This document shows positions 13,700-27,354 of a DNA stretch of 64,000 nucleotides, in pieces. A model generated the notes under the pieces. The model made no database searches, was not told the origin of the DNA, and saw only the letters and a program-made list of their open reading frames with translations. Position 1 is the first letter of the stretch; each line of letters starts with the position of its first letter. The stretch is taken from the NCBI RefSeq assembly GCF_030028105.1, contig NC_092378.1, forward strand, positions 87,775,764 to 87,839,763, written 5' to 3'. The translations under genes were made by a program, and so were the position numbers. Source of the stretch: Mobula birostris. Taxonomy: Eukaryota.

Positions 13700-14320
13700 T
13701 GCACGGTTTCCCCATCTCCTCCGGTTTCCCCCCACGTCACAAACACGCACCGATTAGGATTTGGGGACTGCGCTGGCCCCGGAAACGTGGCGACACTTGC
13801 AGGCTTCCCACACCACATCGTCGCAGATTTAAATTGATGCAAATGATTCATGTTGCTGAGGTACATGAGAAATAAAGCGTCTTTAAATTTTAACAGATAC
13901 CTGGGTGATTGACAGCTCGCTTCCCGCCACTGGCGCTCCGAGCGCAGCGCCAATCCTTCTCCCACGTGACCCCGCTTCGCCTCCCATCGGACCGGAGCTC
14001 GTGAGGAGGGGGCGGGGCCGAACGGAGAAATGTTTCCGGCCGGACTTCTCCGAAGGTGAGACCTTCTTCCGCTGTGTGCTAAACAAACGTGTGTCTTCCG
14101 GTCCGGAGGTTCGCTGGCGCGTTCCTACCCCCCCATTCCGGTTGGCTGTTCTCCTTGCCCCCCCCGTCTCGGCAGGCCCTGTGACTTTGGTGATGTAGCT
14201 AAAAAGTTCAAGACTTCCCAACCGTGTGATTGAGACGTTGGGGAGGCCTTCAAAGAAGATATTCAATGTTGATGGAGGACATATGGTGATTCTGCGGAGT
14301 GTCGCTAAGAGGTAAGGTGG
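13700..14320. promoter_or_regulatory. CpG-island bidirectional promoter shared by NUDT1 and MRM2, including non-coding first exons
   Basis: CpG-rich; CCAAT 13950-13954, E-box CACGTG 13963-13968, GC box GGGGCGGGGC 14009-14018, ETS-like CTTCCGG 14095-14101; minus-strand donor CAG|gtatct at 13901/13900 (NUDT1 exon 1); plus-strand donors at 14055/14056 and 14311/14312 (MRM2 candidates). Confidence 0.8.
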
Positions 14321-14639
14321 TGGTCATTAAGAGGTAAGAGTTGGGGATCTCAAGCGTACTGTGAGTTGCGCACTTATGACAACATAGATTGCCAACGGCC
14401 TAACATCACAGAATACTGGAGGACCGGGTCAGGGAAATGGACTGTGGACGTTTCGGGTCGAAACCCTTCATCTGGACTGAAATGACGATTGTACATTTTC
14501 TTTCAGAGATGTCAGCTGCCCCACTGAGTTCCTTGAGCACGTTGTGTGTTGCATCAGATGCCAGCCTCCGTATATACATTAAACAAGACTGCCCACTCCT
14601 CACATTTCCCTGCTGCTTATACTCTTCTTCATAAAACTC

Positions 14640-16790
14640 GTAAGACTTTGGAACAGAAATAGGCCAATAGACCTATTGAGTCTGCTCCGCCATTTCATCA
14701 TGGCTGATGCATTCTCCCACTCAACCCCATTGTCTTGCCTTCTCCCTCTAACCTTTTACGCTCTGACTAATCAAGAACTTCCTCCTTAAATACACCTAAT
14801 GACCTGGTCTTTACATCCGCCTCTGGCAATGAATTCCACAGATTCACTGTCTGGCTAAAGAATTTCATCCTCATCTCTGTTCTAAATGGAAGTCGCTCTA
14901 TTCTGAGGTTTTGCCCTCTTATCCTAGACTCCCCCACTAAAGGAAACATCTGCTCTGTCTAGGCCTTTCAACATTCATTAGGTTTCAATAAGATTCCCCC
15001 TCATTCTTCTAAATTCCAGCAAGTGCAAGTCCAGAACCATCAATTGCTCATCATATGATAAGCTGGAATCATTCCGTGATCTTCTGACACCCTCTTTAAT
15101 GTCAGAACCTTTCTTAAGGGGCCCAAAACTGCTCACAATACTGCAAGTGAAGCCTCACCTGTGTCTTATAAAGCCTCAGCATTACATCTTTGATTTTATA
15201 TTCTAGTCCTCTCGAAATGAATGCTAACATTGCATTTGCCTTCCTCACCACTTACTCAACTTGCACAAGAACTCCCAAGTCCCTTTGTACATTGGATTCT
15301 TAAATTTTCTCCCTATTTTTAAAAAAAAAAACCTATACTTGTATTCCTTCTACCAAGGTGCATGACCATACACTTCCCAACACTATGTGCCATCTACCAC
15401 TTCTTTGCCCATTCTCCTGATCTGTCCAACTCCTTCTGCAGTCTCCCTGCTCCTCTGCCTATCTTCATATTGTCCACAAATCTGGTCATAAAGCCATCAG
15501 TTCTGCTATCCAAATCATTGATATACAACACAAAAAGCAATGCCAAAATCTGTGGCCAATCAGAAGAGACTTCCTTTATTCCTGCTTTCTGCCTCCTGTC
15601 AATCAGCCAATGCTCTATCCATGCTAGTATCTTTCCTGTAATACCATGAGCTCTTGTTAATCAGAATCAGGTTTAATATCACCGGCATATGTTGTGAAGG
15701 TTGTTAACTTTGCGGCAGCAGTACAATGCAGTACAAGATAATATAGAAAAAGACTGTGAATTACAGTAAATGTGTGTGTAAATGCATGTGCGTGTGTGTA
15801 CATATATGTCTGCACGTACATGAATAGTTAAGTAAGTCATGCAAAAACAAACATAGAAGTATTGAGGTAATGTTGGTGGGTTCAATGTCCATTCACAAAT
15901 CAGAAGGCAGAGAGGAAAAATCTGTTCCCTAGTTGTTGAGATTTGCCCTAAGGTTTCTGTGCCTCCTCCCTGATGGTAGTGATAAGAAGAGGGCAAGTCT
16001 TGGGCGGTTGATGGACGCCGCCTTTTTGAGGCATCTTTCCTTGATGTTTTGGATACTGGTGCCCATGATGACTCTCTGCAGCTTACTTTGATCCTGTTCA
16101 GTAGACACCACAACCGCCACCCCCCCCACCCACCAAAACACCAGATTGTGATGCAGTTAGTTAGAAGGCTGTCCATGGTACATCTGTAGAAATTTGTGAG
16201 TGTTTTAGGTGACATACCAAATCTGCTGAAACTCCTAATGAAATACTGTCACTGTCTTGCATTCTTTATGGCTGCATCGATGTGTTGGGACCAGGTTAGG
16301 TCCTCAGAGATATTAACACCCGGGAATTTGAAATTACTCACTCTCTCTGCTTTTGATCCCTTTATGAGGACTGGTATGTTTTCCTTCGTCTTACTCTTTT
16401 TGAAGTCCCCAATCATCTCTTTGATCTTACACATGTTGAGTGCAAGTTTGCTGCTGCGACACCACTGCTGGTATATCTCACTCCTGTATGCCTTCTCATT
16501 AATACCTGAGATTCTACCAACAGTGGTATCATCAGCAAGTTTCTAGATGCCATTTGAGCTGTGCCTAGCCATGTGGTCATGGGCATTGAGAGAGTAGAGC
16601 AGTGGGCGAAGCACACATCCCTGGGCTGTTAAGCAGCCTCATGTGTGCCACTTTGTCTGTGTGCCTTCTGAAAATCCAGGTACACAACATCCACTGATTC
16701 TCTTTTGTCTATCCTGCTTGTTATTTCCTCGAAGAATTCTACCAGATTTGTCAGGCAAGATTTTCCCTAAAGGAAAGCGTGCTGACTTTC
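14640..16790 (-). mobile_element. CR1 LINE fragment interrupted by a Rex1/L2-like LINE (15661-16626)
   Basis: CR1 3' peptide MFPLVGESRIRGQNLRI; the insert has an (ATTCTG)n tail and peptide DLTWSQHIDAAIKNARQ / KTLTNFYRCTMDSLLTNCITIW; flanking tgttaa duplicated at 15655-15660 and 16627-16632. Confidence 0.75.
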
Positions 16791-17801
16791 ATGACTCTGC
16801 TAATGATCTGATCCCCAATCTTCTACTTTTTTATAATCTCCAATCATTACTTCTGATGGCTGGCCATTCCTTTGCTGGCCATTCACAATCCACCTTCTAC
16901 AATTATGGAAATCTCTATTTCTTACACCCTCTTCATATCTGAGTAATACCTACATGTGTCAAAAGAATCCTTCTAATTCCTGATCATACCTACTTTGACT
17001 CTTATAAATTTGTGGACTTGACTTTACAACATAGAACTGTTCAGCATGAGCCCCCAAATCCTCCAGACCTTCTACAGGGGCACCATTGAGAGCATTCTGA
17101 CTGGCTGTATCACCGCCTGGAACTGCACCAAACTTGATTGCTGAGTACTGCAGAGAGTGGTACGGACAGCCCAACACATCTATAGATGTGAACTTCCCTC
17201 CATCGAGGACATTTACAGCAGCGGGTGCAGAAAGATGGTGGAGACACCAGTCACCACAACAGTAAATTGTTTCAGCTGTTTCTGTCTGGCAAATGGTACT
17301 GCAGCATTAAAGCTATGACCAACAGGCTACGGGATAGCTTCTTTCTACACGCCATTACACTTTTAAATCCACATGTCTGTACATTATAACGGAGTTGTAA
17401 TGCAAAGATTTTAACTCCCTCATGTTGTGGGATGGATGTAAGATATAAATAAATTCAAATTCAAATACAGAAATAGGCCCACTTGTAGAATCTATCTGAA
17501 GTTAAAGGGGAAAATCTGTTTTATTTTAAATAAAAGCTGAAAGTATGGGACAATAAACAATTTGCTTCAGAAACTTGAGCAGCATCTATGAGAGGACAGG
17601 AATTGTTGATGTTTCAGGACAAAATCCTGCATCAGGACCTGCATTGAGTTTCATCCTAAAATGTCAAGAATACTTCTCCTAGATGCTGCTCAACCCACAA
17701 GAGTTCCTCCAGCAGATTATTAGTTGCTCCATTTTCCAGCATCTTCAGTTTATTTTGTCTCTTCTGAAAGCATTGTTTGTTCATCTCCCCAGTGTTTATA
17801 G

Positions 17802-18086
<285 letters not shown>

Positions 18087-18224
18087 TGATGCGGTACTAA
18101 ATGTTTTGTTCATTTTCAGGATGTAGGTGTCATTCCCAAGACCAACATTTATTTCTTTTTTCTAATTATAGAACTAAATGGCTTGTGTGGCTCATTTTAG
18201 GGAGCAGTAGGGAGCTACTGTGTC

Positions 18225-19453
18225 CTTTTTTGAGGATGCGACTAAAAACACTGATGAAGGAAGAGCAGTAGAAATGTATATAGATTTTAGCAAGACATTT
18301 GATAAGGTACCCCATGCAAGGCTTATTGAGAAAGTAAGGAGGCATAGGATCCAAGAGGACATTGCTTTCTGGATTAAGAACTGGCTTGCCCACAGAAGGC
18401 AAAGAGTGGTTGTAGATGGGTCATATTCTGCATGGAGGTCGGTCACCAGTGGTGTGCCTCAGGGATCTGTTCTGGGACCCGTTCTGGGACCCTTACTCTT
18501 TGTGATTTTTATAAATGACGTGGATGAGGAAGTGGAGGGATGGGTTAGTAAGTTTGCTGATGACACAGAGGTTAGAGGTGTTGTGGATAGTGTGGAGGGC
18601 TGTCAGAGGGTACAGTGGGACATTGATAGGGTGCAAAACTGGGCTGAGAAGTGGCAGATGGAGTTCAACCCAGGTAAGTGTGAAGTGGTTCATTTTGGTA
18701 GGTCAAGTATGATGGCAGAATATAGTATTAATGCTAAGACTCTGGGCAGTGTGGAGGATCAGAGGGATCTTGGGGTCCGAGTCCATAGGTTGCTCAAAGC
18801 AGCTGTGCGGGCTGACTGGTTAAGAAGGCGTACAGTGTCCTGGCCTTCATCAATCGTGGAATTGAATTTAGAAGCCGAGAGGTAATGTTGCAGCTATATA
18901 GGACCCTGGTCAGACCCCACTTGGAGTACTGTGCTCATTTCTGGTCGCCTCACTACAGGAAGGATGTGGAAGCCGTTGAAAGGGTGCAGAGGAGATTTAC
19001 AAGGATGTTGCCTGGATTGGGGAGCATGCCTTGTGAGAATAGGTTGAGTGAACTCAGCCTTTTCTCCTTGGAGCTATGGAGGATGAGAGGTGACCTGATA
19101 CAGGTGTATAAGATGATGAGAGGCATTGATAGTGTGGATAGTCAGAGGCTTTTTCCCAGGGCTGAAGTGGTTGCCACAAGAGGACACAGGTTTAAGGTGC
19201 TGGGGAGTAGGTACAGAGGAGATGTCAGGGGTAAGTTTTTACTCAGAGAGTGGTGAGTGCATGGAATGGGCTGCCAGCAATGGTGGTGGAGGCGGATACG
19301 ATAGGGTCCTTTTAGAAGTTTTTGGAAAAGTACATGGAGCTTAGAAAAATAGTTATAGGTAAGCCTAGTAATTTCTAGGGTAGGGACATGTTCAGCACAA
19401 CTTTGTGGGCTGTAGGTCCTGTATTGTGCAGTGGGTTTTTTATGTTTCTATGT
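18225..19453 (+). mobile_element. 5'-truncated CR1 LINE in MRM2 intron
   Basis: Long RT ORF pieces ([32 protein letters not shown]); tail tatgtttctatgt. Confidence 0.92.
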
Positions 19454-22051
19454 CCTCTTTGATAGGTCTGTAGCTGCGTACAAGTCAGACCAGAAAACTG
19501 AATTTTCTTTCCTTAATATTAATGAATGTTATGGGATTTTACAACTGCATAATACTTTAATGATCACTAGAATACTGATGGCAGCTTTTAATTTCAGTTT
19601 AGTTACTTGAATTTAAATATTCCAGCTGTTGAGTTAGGATTTAACGTGTCTCCGCATCATTACTCCAGCTCTGTTTTTCTAGTTCAGTAATGTAACTGCT
19701 GTGCCTTTAAACCCTTAAAAAGGGCATAAGCTTGAGATTCCATGAACTGATCATGATCCTCTCCGTTTGGCACAATGCACATTTTGTTGCAAATGTAATT
19801 TATTTTTGTTGCAGTAAAATAAATATTTTAATAACATGTAGCAGGCAATATTTTTGAAATGTGTGTCAAAGGGCTCTCAGAGCGGACTTTCTATTCAGTT
19901 TCCCTGGGGTGTCGAGTCTCTCTGTATTCACACCCCCGGGAGCATCCAGTCTCTCTGAGTCCTATTGATTATATCAGTACTTCCAGGACATTGTCAGTAT
20001 TTCATACTTGTGGGACAGCCTAAATAATTCAATTCAATTTGAGTTCAATTGTCATTCAACCATACATGAAAACAGCCAAACAAGACACCATTCCTCCGGG
20101 ACCAAGGTGCTAAACATGGTACCAATACTGTAGTTGCATCGCACAAAGCACACACAGCACTTCCAAGGTAGCAAGGACAGAAAGATAGCAGTAAGATACA
20201 GCCACGCAATAAACAAAGTTTAGTCTCAAGCCACGAATGCTGCAGAAATCTGCGGTCAACCACAATCCACTTTGTGTTCTGCCGAGTGGACCTCGGGGGT
20301 GGGGGGAGTGCTCCGTCTTCAGCCTGGATGCCATGCCACACTGGTCCCAGTGGAGCCAATAAATTTAAGAATTAAAAATAATTGAAATCTGGGCACCATT
20401 GACAAGGGTATTCAAAATTGAAAGTAAATTTATTATCGAAGTGTATACACCATATATATTCTTGTGGTTCATCTTCTTGCAGGCACCCACAAACAGAGAA
20501 ACACAATAGAATCCATGATAAACCACCTACAACAAATTCTGACAAACTTCCGATCTTTGAAAAAAGAATAAATTGTGCAAACAATGAAAACGTAAACTAA
20601 TAACGCATTAAATGTGAACTGCAGAATCTCCAAAAGTGAGTCCACAGGCTGGGAAATCAGTTCAGCACCGAGATGAGTGAACCTGGTCCAGGAGCTCGAT
20701 GGCTGCAGAGACCCTGAAAGTGGGTCCACAGGCTAGAGAGTCAGTTCAGCTCTGAGGCAGGTAAAGCCCAACCAGTAGCCTGATGGCTGCAGGGCAGCAA
20801 CTGCTACCAAACCTGGCAACGTAGGACCCAAGACTCCTGCAAGTAGTGAGAAAAGGGGGAGATGGGTCAAATGCAGGCAGACGGGACAGGCTTAGATGGG
20901 GGATCTTGCTGACACAAAGAAGTGATTTGAACACTAGTTTGTTTTCCACTTTAATATGGATCTTCACTTTAACTGGCGCAGAGTACTGAGTCACATTGTT
21001 GGTTTATTTTCTGCCCTCGGGTCTTGACGCTTTAATCTGGCTTTAAATCCTCTCCAGTGATGGCCATACCTGTGTTCTTGAGAGTCAAGTTCACTGAAAC
21101 CTTCAGGACATCACAATTGCTAGTTTGCTTAGATGGTTCAAAAGTACATTTCTCAGAGAGATATTACAGGCTTTAGATGGCAGTGATCATAGTCCAAAAG
21201 AAGTACGCTTGTAGAATAGCTATTAGTTTTGTGAGTCGCCCGCAAAATGTCGCCGTACGTTGTCATTATTTATTACTCAATCCTAACTGGCCTTCAGAAG
21301 GTGGTGAGCTGCTTTCTTGAATTGCTGTAGGCCTCCTGGTGAAGGCACTCCCATAGTGCAGTTAGTTTGGAGTTCCAGGATTTGGATTCATGAAAAAATT
21401 GTGTATTTCCAGGTCAAGATGGCATGTAACTTAGAAAGAAACCTGCAGGTGGCGGTATTTCAATGCACTTGCTAACCTTGTCCTTGGGAGTAGAGATTGT
21501 GGTTTGGGGATGTGTGCTGAGTGAGTGATTGCGATGCATTTTTTAGATGTACACATTGCACCCACTGTGTATTGGTGATGGATGAATTGAAGCAGACAAA
21601 TTATTCATTGCAAGCTGCCACAAAGAAGTATCATATTGGCTACATCACATGTTCTTCTAAGACCTTCATCTGGGGAATAAACACTGATAAGTACTGTGGG
21701 GAGAACAACCATATTATTCAACTATTGGTGCTATGGAAACTTTTAACACTCACCTAATGTAATGGAAACTGGTACACTTACAGTGCAGTATTCACTTATT
21801 CATACCTCATGAAGGTGCCTCACTGGACTGTCTCTGGGGTCAAGTATCAGTCAGAAGATTTGTTACACTTCTTTGATTTTGAATCAATATTGATGTGTCG
21901 TAGACTTAATGTGGTTTAAATAAAGGAAATAAATTGCATATCATATGATGAAGTTAACAGTGAAGGTGGGGGGAACCTTCTCTCAAAATACAAAATGTCT
22001 CTTATCTGTTCTGGCTTTTGGTAATTTTCATTTAATTTTATTTCTTTGCAG

Positions 22052-22476
22052 ATCTGCAGGCTGCAGTAGGTTCAGTGGTGGGAGTTGATCTTCTGCACAT
22101 CCCCTTGCTGGAGGGTGCAGTGTTCCTGTCTCATTGCGATCTCCTGGATCCTAAAGTTAAAGCTAAAATACAGGAGACCCTGCCAGGGGGAGAGGCTCAG
22201 GTTATTCTCAGTGACATGGCACCGAATGCAAGTGGTATCCGTGAGCTGGACCAGCAACAATTTGTCGAACTGTTCCTTTGTATCTTGGGCCTGGCTGAAA
22301 GGGTCCTGAGTCCCAGTGGTACTTTACTTTGTAAATTCTGGGATGGAGCAAACACATTCCTCCTCCAAAAGCAACTTGCCAAATTGTTTGGAGAGGTGAA
22401 GATTTTAAAACCATCTGCAAGCAGAAAGGAGTCATCAGAAATCTACTTTTTAGCAAGAAGATTCAGAAGAAGTTGA
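22052..22476 (+). CDS. MRM2: MRM2 last coding exon
   Basis: tttgcag|AT; (D)LQAAVGSVVGVDLLHIPLLEGA...VILSDMAPNASG...LLCKFW...KPSASRKESSEIYFLA; K-D-K-E tetrad complete; stop TGA; AATAAA at 22675 and 22705. CDS 274+425=699 nt, 232 aa. Confidence 0.95.
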
Positions 22477-23559
22477 TGTTACCAACTGATAATGCTCCAG
22501 GGAGTTTTGATTGCAGTGTAATAATTTGTAGGCTTTATCACCTATTTGTAATTTCTCCACGTCTGTCCAGCACTCATACCCAGGTGGATGGCAAATATCC
22601 ACTTCTTCAGCACAATTGACAGTAATCTGTTCTGAGGTGCTATGCAAAAATCTACAATGTTTTGTTTTATCAAGAATAAAAATTAATGTTTAGTCAGTCA
22701 GTTGAATAAAATCTAAGTTATTGAAAGAAAGATGTTTGCACAAATCTTTCCTCATCTCGTAACAATGAAGTGTTTTTAGTATTGGCTTATTATTATCGCA
22801 TGTACTGAGATACATTGGAAAAAAATGAAGTAGTGTCACTTACACAGTTGGAAAGTTCCAGTCAATTTAAACATATTAACATACATCATTTCAAAGTGAA
22901 AGTATTATCAATTTTGAAGCTCCCACGTTAAGCAAAAAGACAAGCATGATAAAAAGCTGAATATATGGTACAAATTGTATAGAATTTAGTGATTGTTGCC
23001 TATCTGGATTAGCTATTGATCATAGAATTTTTTTTATTGAATTCAGGGTTTTTCAGCAATGCAAAAAGTGGATATGTGGTCTGCTTTAAGTGTTGGCCAA
23101 TGCTGAAGTAGTGGCCAGGATGCTGGGGAGTAAAATAATGGCAAAACACTGACCTTGTAGGATGGGCATTGCTGCATGGTTTCTGTTGCCCAAAAAATAA
23201 GACATTAATCCAACATGCATCAGTTATTTAACATATAGTATGTGGATTCTTCTTGCATTCAAAGAAGAAAGCTGCAGGATTTATTCCAAATCTGAACTGA
23301 CCGTAGTCCCATTGTTTGACCTCTGGTCCTTGGGTGAGTTAACTCAGTCTGATAAACCCTGAGATTACCCAAGGGCACTGATAATACCGGATAACAATTT
23401 TTTTTTCCGGAAAGTGTTGCTTCCTCAGAATTTTTTTTTTGTTTATGATAGACTGGTTTGAAACTGGAAACAAATATAATTTCAGACTACTTGTATCATG
23501 CAGGAATTTGGCGAAACAAGAAATTAACTTTTATTGAATATAATGCATTTAATTGTATA

Positions 23560-24557
23560 GTGGTGCTGATGCTTTGCAATAGTTCAATTAAGCTAAAAAT
23601 ATTTTGTTGATGATTTTCATTTGTACTCAGTGTCTGAGGTTTCACACTTGCTATAAGTGTCCAACAATAATCAGCCAACATTGGTAGATTCCAGTTGCTC
23701 TGATATCATTTCTCCATGACCTTAATGTCCTGGTGACACCTTTCACCATGCTCATCACTGACAGTGCCAAGATTTGCAAGGAAGAAGTCTAAATGGGAAT
23801 TTAGAAAATAAACCTTCAGTGACATGTTGCTTGAAGCATGTTGTCAACCAGCTGCAAGTGATTTGGTGCTGTGTAGTTGCCAATAAGATTTTCAACAGCA
23901 TCCTTGAATGCCTTCTGTGTGATTTTCTCCAGTTCCTCTGGAAGGTCTTGGAATTACCTGTCATTGATGGAACTGTTTGATTTGTGAACCAACAAAAATG
24001 TCTTTGTTAATCTTAGACACGAGAAAGCCTGCAGATGCTGTACATCCAAAGCAACACAAACAACACTGGATGAACTCAGCAGGTCAGGCAGCATTTATGG
24101 AAAAGAGTAGACATTTTGGCCTGCTGAATTCCTTCTGTGTGTGTGTGTGTAGCTTCCTTAAGCTTGGCATCAGTTAATCTGACTTGAATTATGAATTGAA
24201 ATAACAAATATAGGTGATTTCAAAAAAAGTGTGATGGGGAAATTTCATGCAACACACACAAAATGCTGGAGGAACTTGGTAGTCCAAGCAGCATTTATGA
24301 AAAAGAGTACAGTCAAAGTTCAGTGTCCTGCCGAAGGGTCTTGGCCCAAAATGTCAACTGTACTCTTTTTCCATAGATGCTACCTGGCTTGTTGAGTTCT
24401 TCCAGCATTTTGTGTGTGTTGCTTGGACTTCCAGCATCTGCAGATTTTCTCTTGTCTGTGATAAGGGAAATTTGATGGTGATTTTCATGATCAGCAGCCC
24501 AAAATCCATAAGATACACCAAGAAGTATTGAGGAAACAAAATCTTTGTCGTCCAGTG
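23560..24557 (-). mobile_element. Chapaev3-like (CMC superfamily) DNA transposon remnant
   Basis: Minus-strand translation NMSLKVYFLNSHLDFFLANLGTVSDEHGERCHQDIKVMEK*YQ...MLADYCWTL resembles the Chapaev3 transposase C-terminus; ends in ...ccagtg followed by taa; interrupted by Penelope-type units. Confidence 0.65.
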
Positions 24558-26079
24558 TAATGCTCCAGGTAATTTCGATTGCTTGTAACAGTTTATAGGA
24601 TTTATCACCCATTTATAATTTTGCTAAATATCTCACTATTTTTCCTCTTTTTTTTTTGCACTACTTTTTCATTTAAAATTGTTGTATGTACATAATATAC
24701 TTGTAATTTATAGTTTTTTTATTATGTATTATGTACTGCTATCACAAAACAACAAATTTCACGACATATAGTATGTCAGTGATACTAATCCTGATTCTGA
24801 TTTCTCGTGGCTCTGACTCTGATTGAGGAAATTTTCTTCTCAATTCTCAACATCCTACTGGCAGTTGTTCTCTCAGGGGAAATATCTCGAACCTCATCAT
24901 TAAAGCCCTTTAAAACTTTGCTTTTAAGAAGAGTTCCAAAAACTTGTGCCTCTCTAAGGGAAATAATGTCATCTCATTTCCGTCTTAAAACGGTGACCCT
25001 TTATGCTGAAAATGGAGTGAATGTTTTTATAGAGAAAAAAAATGGACACTCCTTTGCTGTATTCTCTACAAAAAAAAAGGAAAGTCCTCTCTACATCTAA
25101 GTTTTTTTTAGGATTTGGATATCACTTTTAAATTCTGCTGGGTACAAGCCTATTTATATAAGATTCCCTACCCAGTCCAGGTATTAATTTAGTACATTGT
25201 AATATAAGGAGGTCAACACTGCAGATATGGTATTAACAATGCTTGAAGTTTACCTCGTTATTTTAGTATTCAAGTCTAAGAATAAAAACTGATAACATTT
25301 TGTGATCTTTTGAAATTACTGGCTGTGCCCGATTGTTATCCTTTTCCAAGTCATGCACTGGTGCATCTATATCCCTTTGCATTTCAGAGTTAAGCAGTCT
25401 CTCATAATTTATATGCTGCTATATTTTTCACATTTTCCTTACACTATTCTTACCTTTTTCCAAGTGTTTGATACATTATTTTAGTAATAGCTTTAACATT
25501 AGATGTTAAACTAACTGACTTGTAGTTTCTTTTTTAAAAAAAGATGTGATTGTTTTTCTTTTCCTTAAGCCTTTCCTTAATTTTAAGACTTGGAAAATGA
25601 AAATCAACTGTCTCCTCAGCCCTTTCTTCTAAGACACTAGGATAAAGTTCTCAGGACCTAGACAATTAGCCTGCTGCTGCAAATATTTGCTCAGTACCAC
25701 TTTCCTGACTATTATCATTTTCTTGAGCTTCTTGGCTGTAAGCAATGGCTAAGTAGACAGCAACTTTTGCCTTTGAGTCAAAAGGTCGTGGACCTTTCAT
25801 TGAGTATAACGTTTAGACAAATTTCATTTTAATATGAAATGGTTGAATGTGTTGGCAGGAGATCGCGTTGGAAATCAGTATGAAGATTTTTGTTATATTT
25901 GTCAGACGAGCTGTAATGAAATGTGACAGTTAATAACAGTTGATGTAAAATGAACTAAATCTCCTAAAATTTAATGCTATTACTACAGTAAGCCCTATCA
26001 AAGTGGAACATAATTTATAGCACTAAAAAAAGTCACGTAAATCAAGTTTTTCTCTTCTGCCAACCCACCATTCCTGACT

Positions 26080-27175
26080 GTAGAACATAGAACTGGACAG
26101 GAAGAGGAACAATCCCGTTGATCCACTATGTTGTGAGGAACTAATTGAATACCAAACTAGAATCCCTATTGCCTAAACAATGCCCATCTTCCTCCCTTCT
26201 CTGCACATCCATGCGTTTATCCAAGAGCCTTTTAAATACCTCTACGTATTTGCCTTCACTGCGACCCATGATTCTGCAATATACAAAAAATGCCCCACAT
26301 ATCCCCTTTGAACTTGCCCTCTCTCACTTCAAATGTAACCCTGGGGAGAAGATCACAGCTGTCTTCCTTTCTATGGCTTTGATAATTTTAATAAACTCAG
26401 CATCTGCTGCTCCAGGGAAAACAACCCAGGTTTGTCCAACATTTCTGAGTAGCACATGTCCTCTAATCCAAGCAGCATCCTGATAAACCTCTTCTGGACC
26501 CTTTCCAAAGCCTCCACATCCTTCCTATAGTGGGGCAACCAGAAAAGAAAGGATTCTCTAGAAGCATCTTAAGCGGAGTTTTATGAAGCTGCAACTTCCG
26601 CCATCATGAACTCAATGATTTGATTACTGAATGCAAGCATGCCATATGTTACCTTTACCACCCTAGCAACCACTATCATAGAGCTCAAGGTCCCTCAGTC
26701 ATCTTTAGGATACTACCATTAACTGGGTATTGTCCCTTTGCATTTGATGTCCCACAGTGCCACATCTCACACTTGGCTGGATTAAGCTGCATCTGTCATT
26801 TCTCTGTCCATAAGTGTAAAGGATCTACATAGAACATAGAATAGTACAGCACAGTACAGGCCCTTCAGCCCACAATATTGTGCCTGCCCTCAAACCCTGC
26901 CTCCCATATAAGCCCCCACCTTAAATTCCCCCATATTCTTGTGTATGTCTATCCTTCTGTATCATTCGGCAATTTTTCAACAATACTACCAATCTTTGTA
27001 TCATCTGTAAATTTACTAACACACCCATCTATGTACTCATCCATGTCATTTATATCTATCACAAACAGCAGAGGTCCAGTACAGATTCTTGTGGAATACC
27101 ACTTGTCATGGGCTTCTAGCACGTCATATTGACCACTACCTTTTGTCTTCTATGGGCAAGCCAATTTGACTCTAC
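26080..27175 (-). mobile_element. Degraded CR1 LINE(s)
   Basis: Reverse-complement similarity to the other CR1 copies; tagaacatagaa tails at ~26081 and ~26830. Confidence 0.65.
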
Positions 27176-27354
27176 ACCTTCTGCCCAGGTGGATAAACTC
27201 ACAAGACCACTGATCTGCTAAAAGCAGATTGTAGGCTAAATGAAACGCACACACAATACTGGAAGGTAGCATCTAAGGAGGGAAATGTACAGTGGATATT
27301 TCTGACTGTGACCCATCAACAGGACTCATGAAGGGTCTTGGCCTGAAATGTCAA

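Noticed and set aside
13883-14266. ORFs of 127 aa (minus) and 97 aa (plus) over the NUDT1/MRM2 promoter
   Set aside because: GC-rich CpG-island ORFs with no recognisable protein features.
14444-14478. Minus-strand hammerhead copy with perfect UUCG-capped stem II as an active ribozyme
   Set aside because: Core reads CAGAUGA rather than CUGAUGA. Copies at 24328, 27325, 34487, 48229 and 48684 likewise have core lesions.
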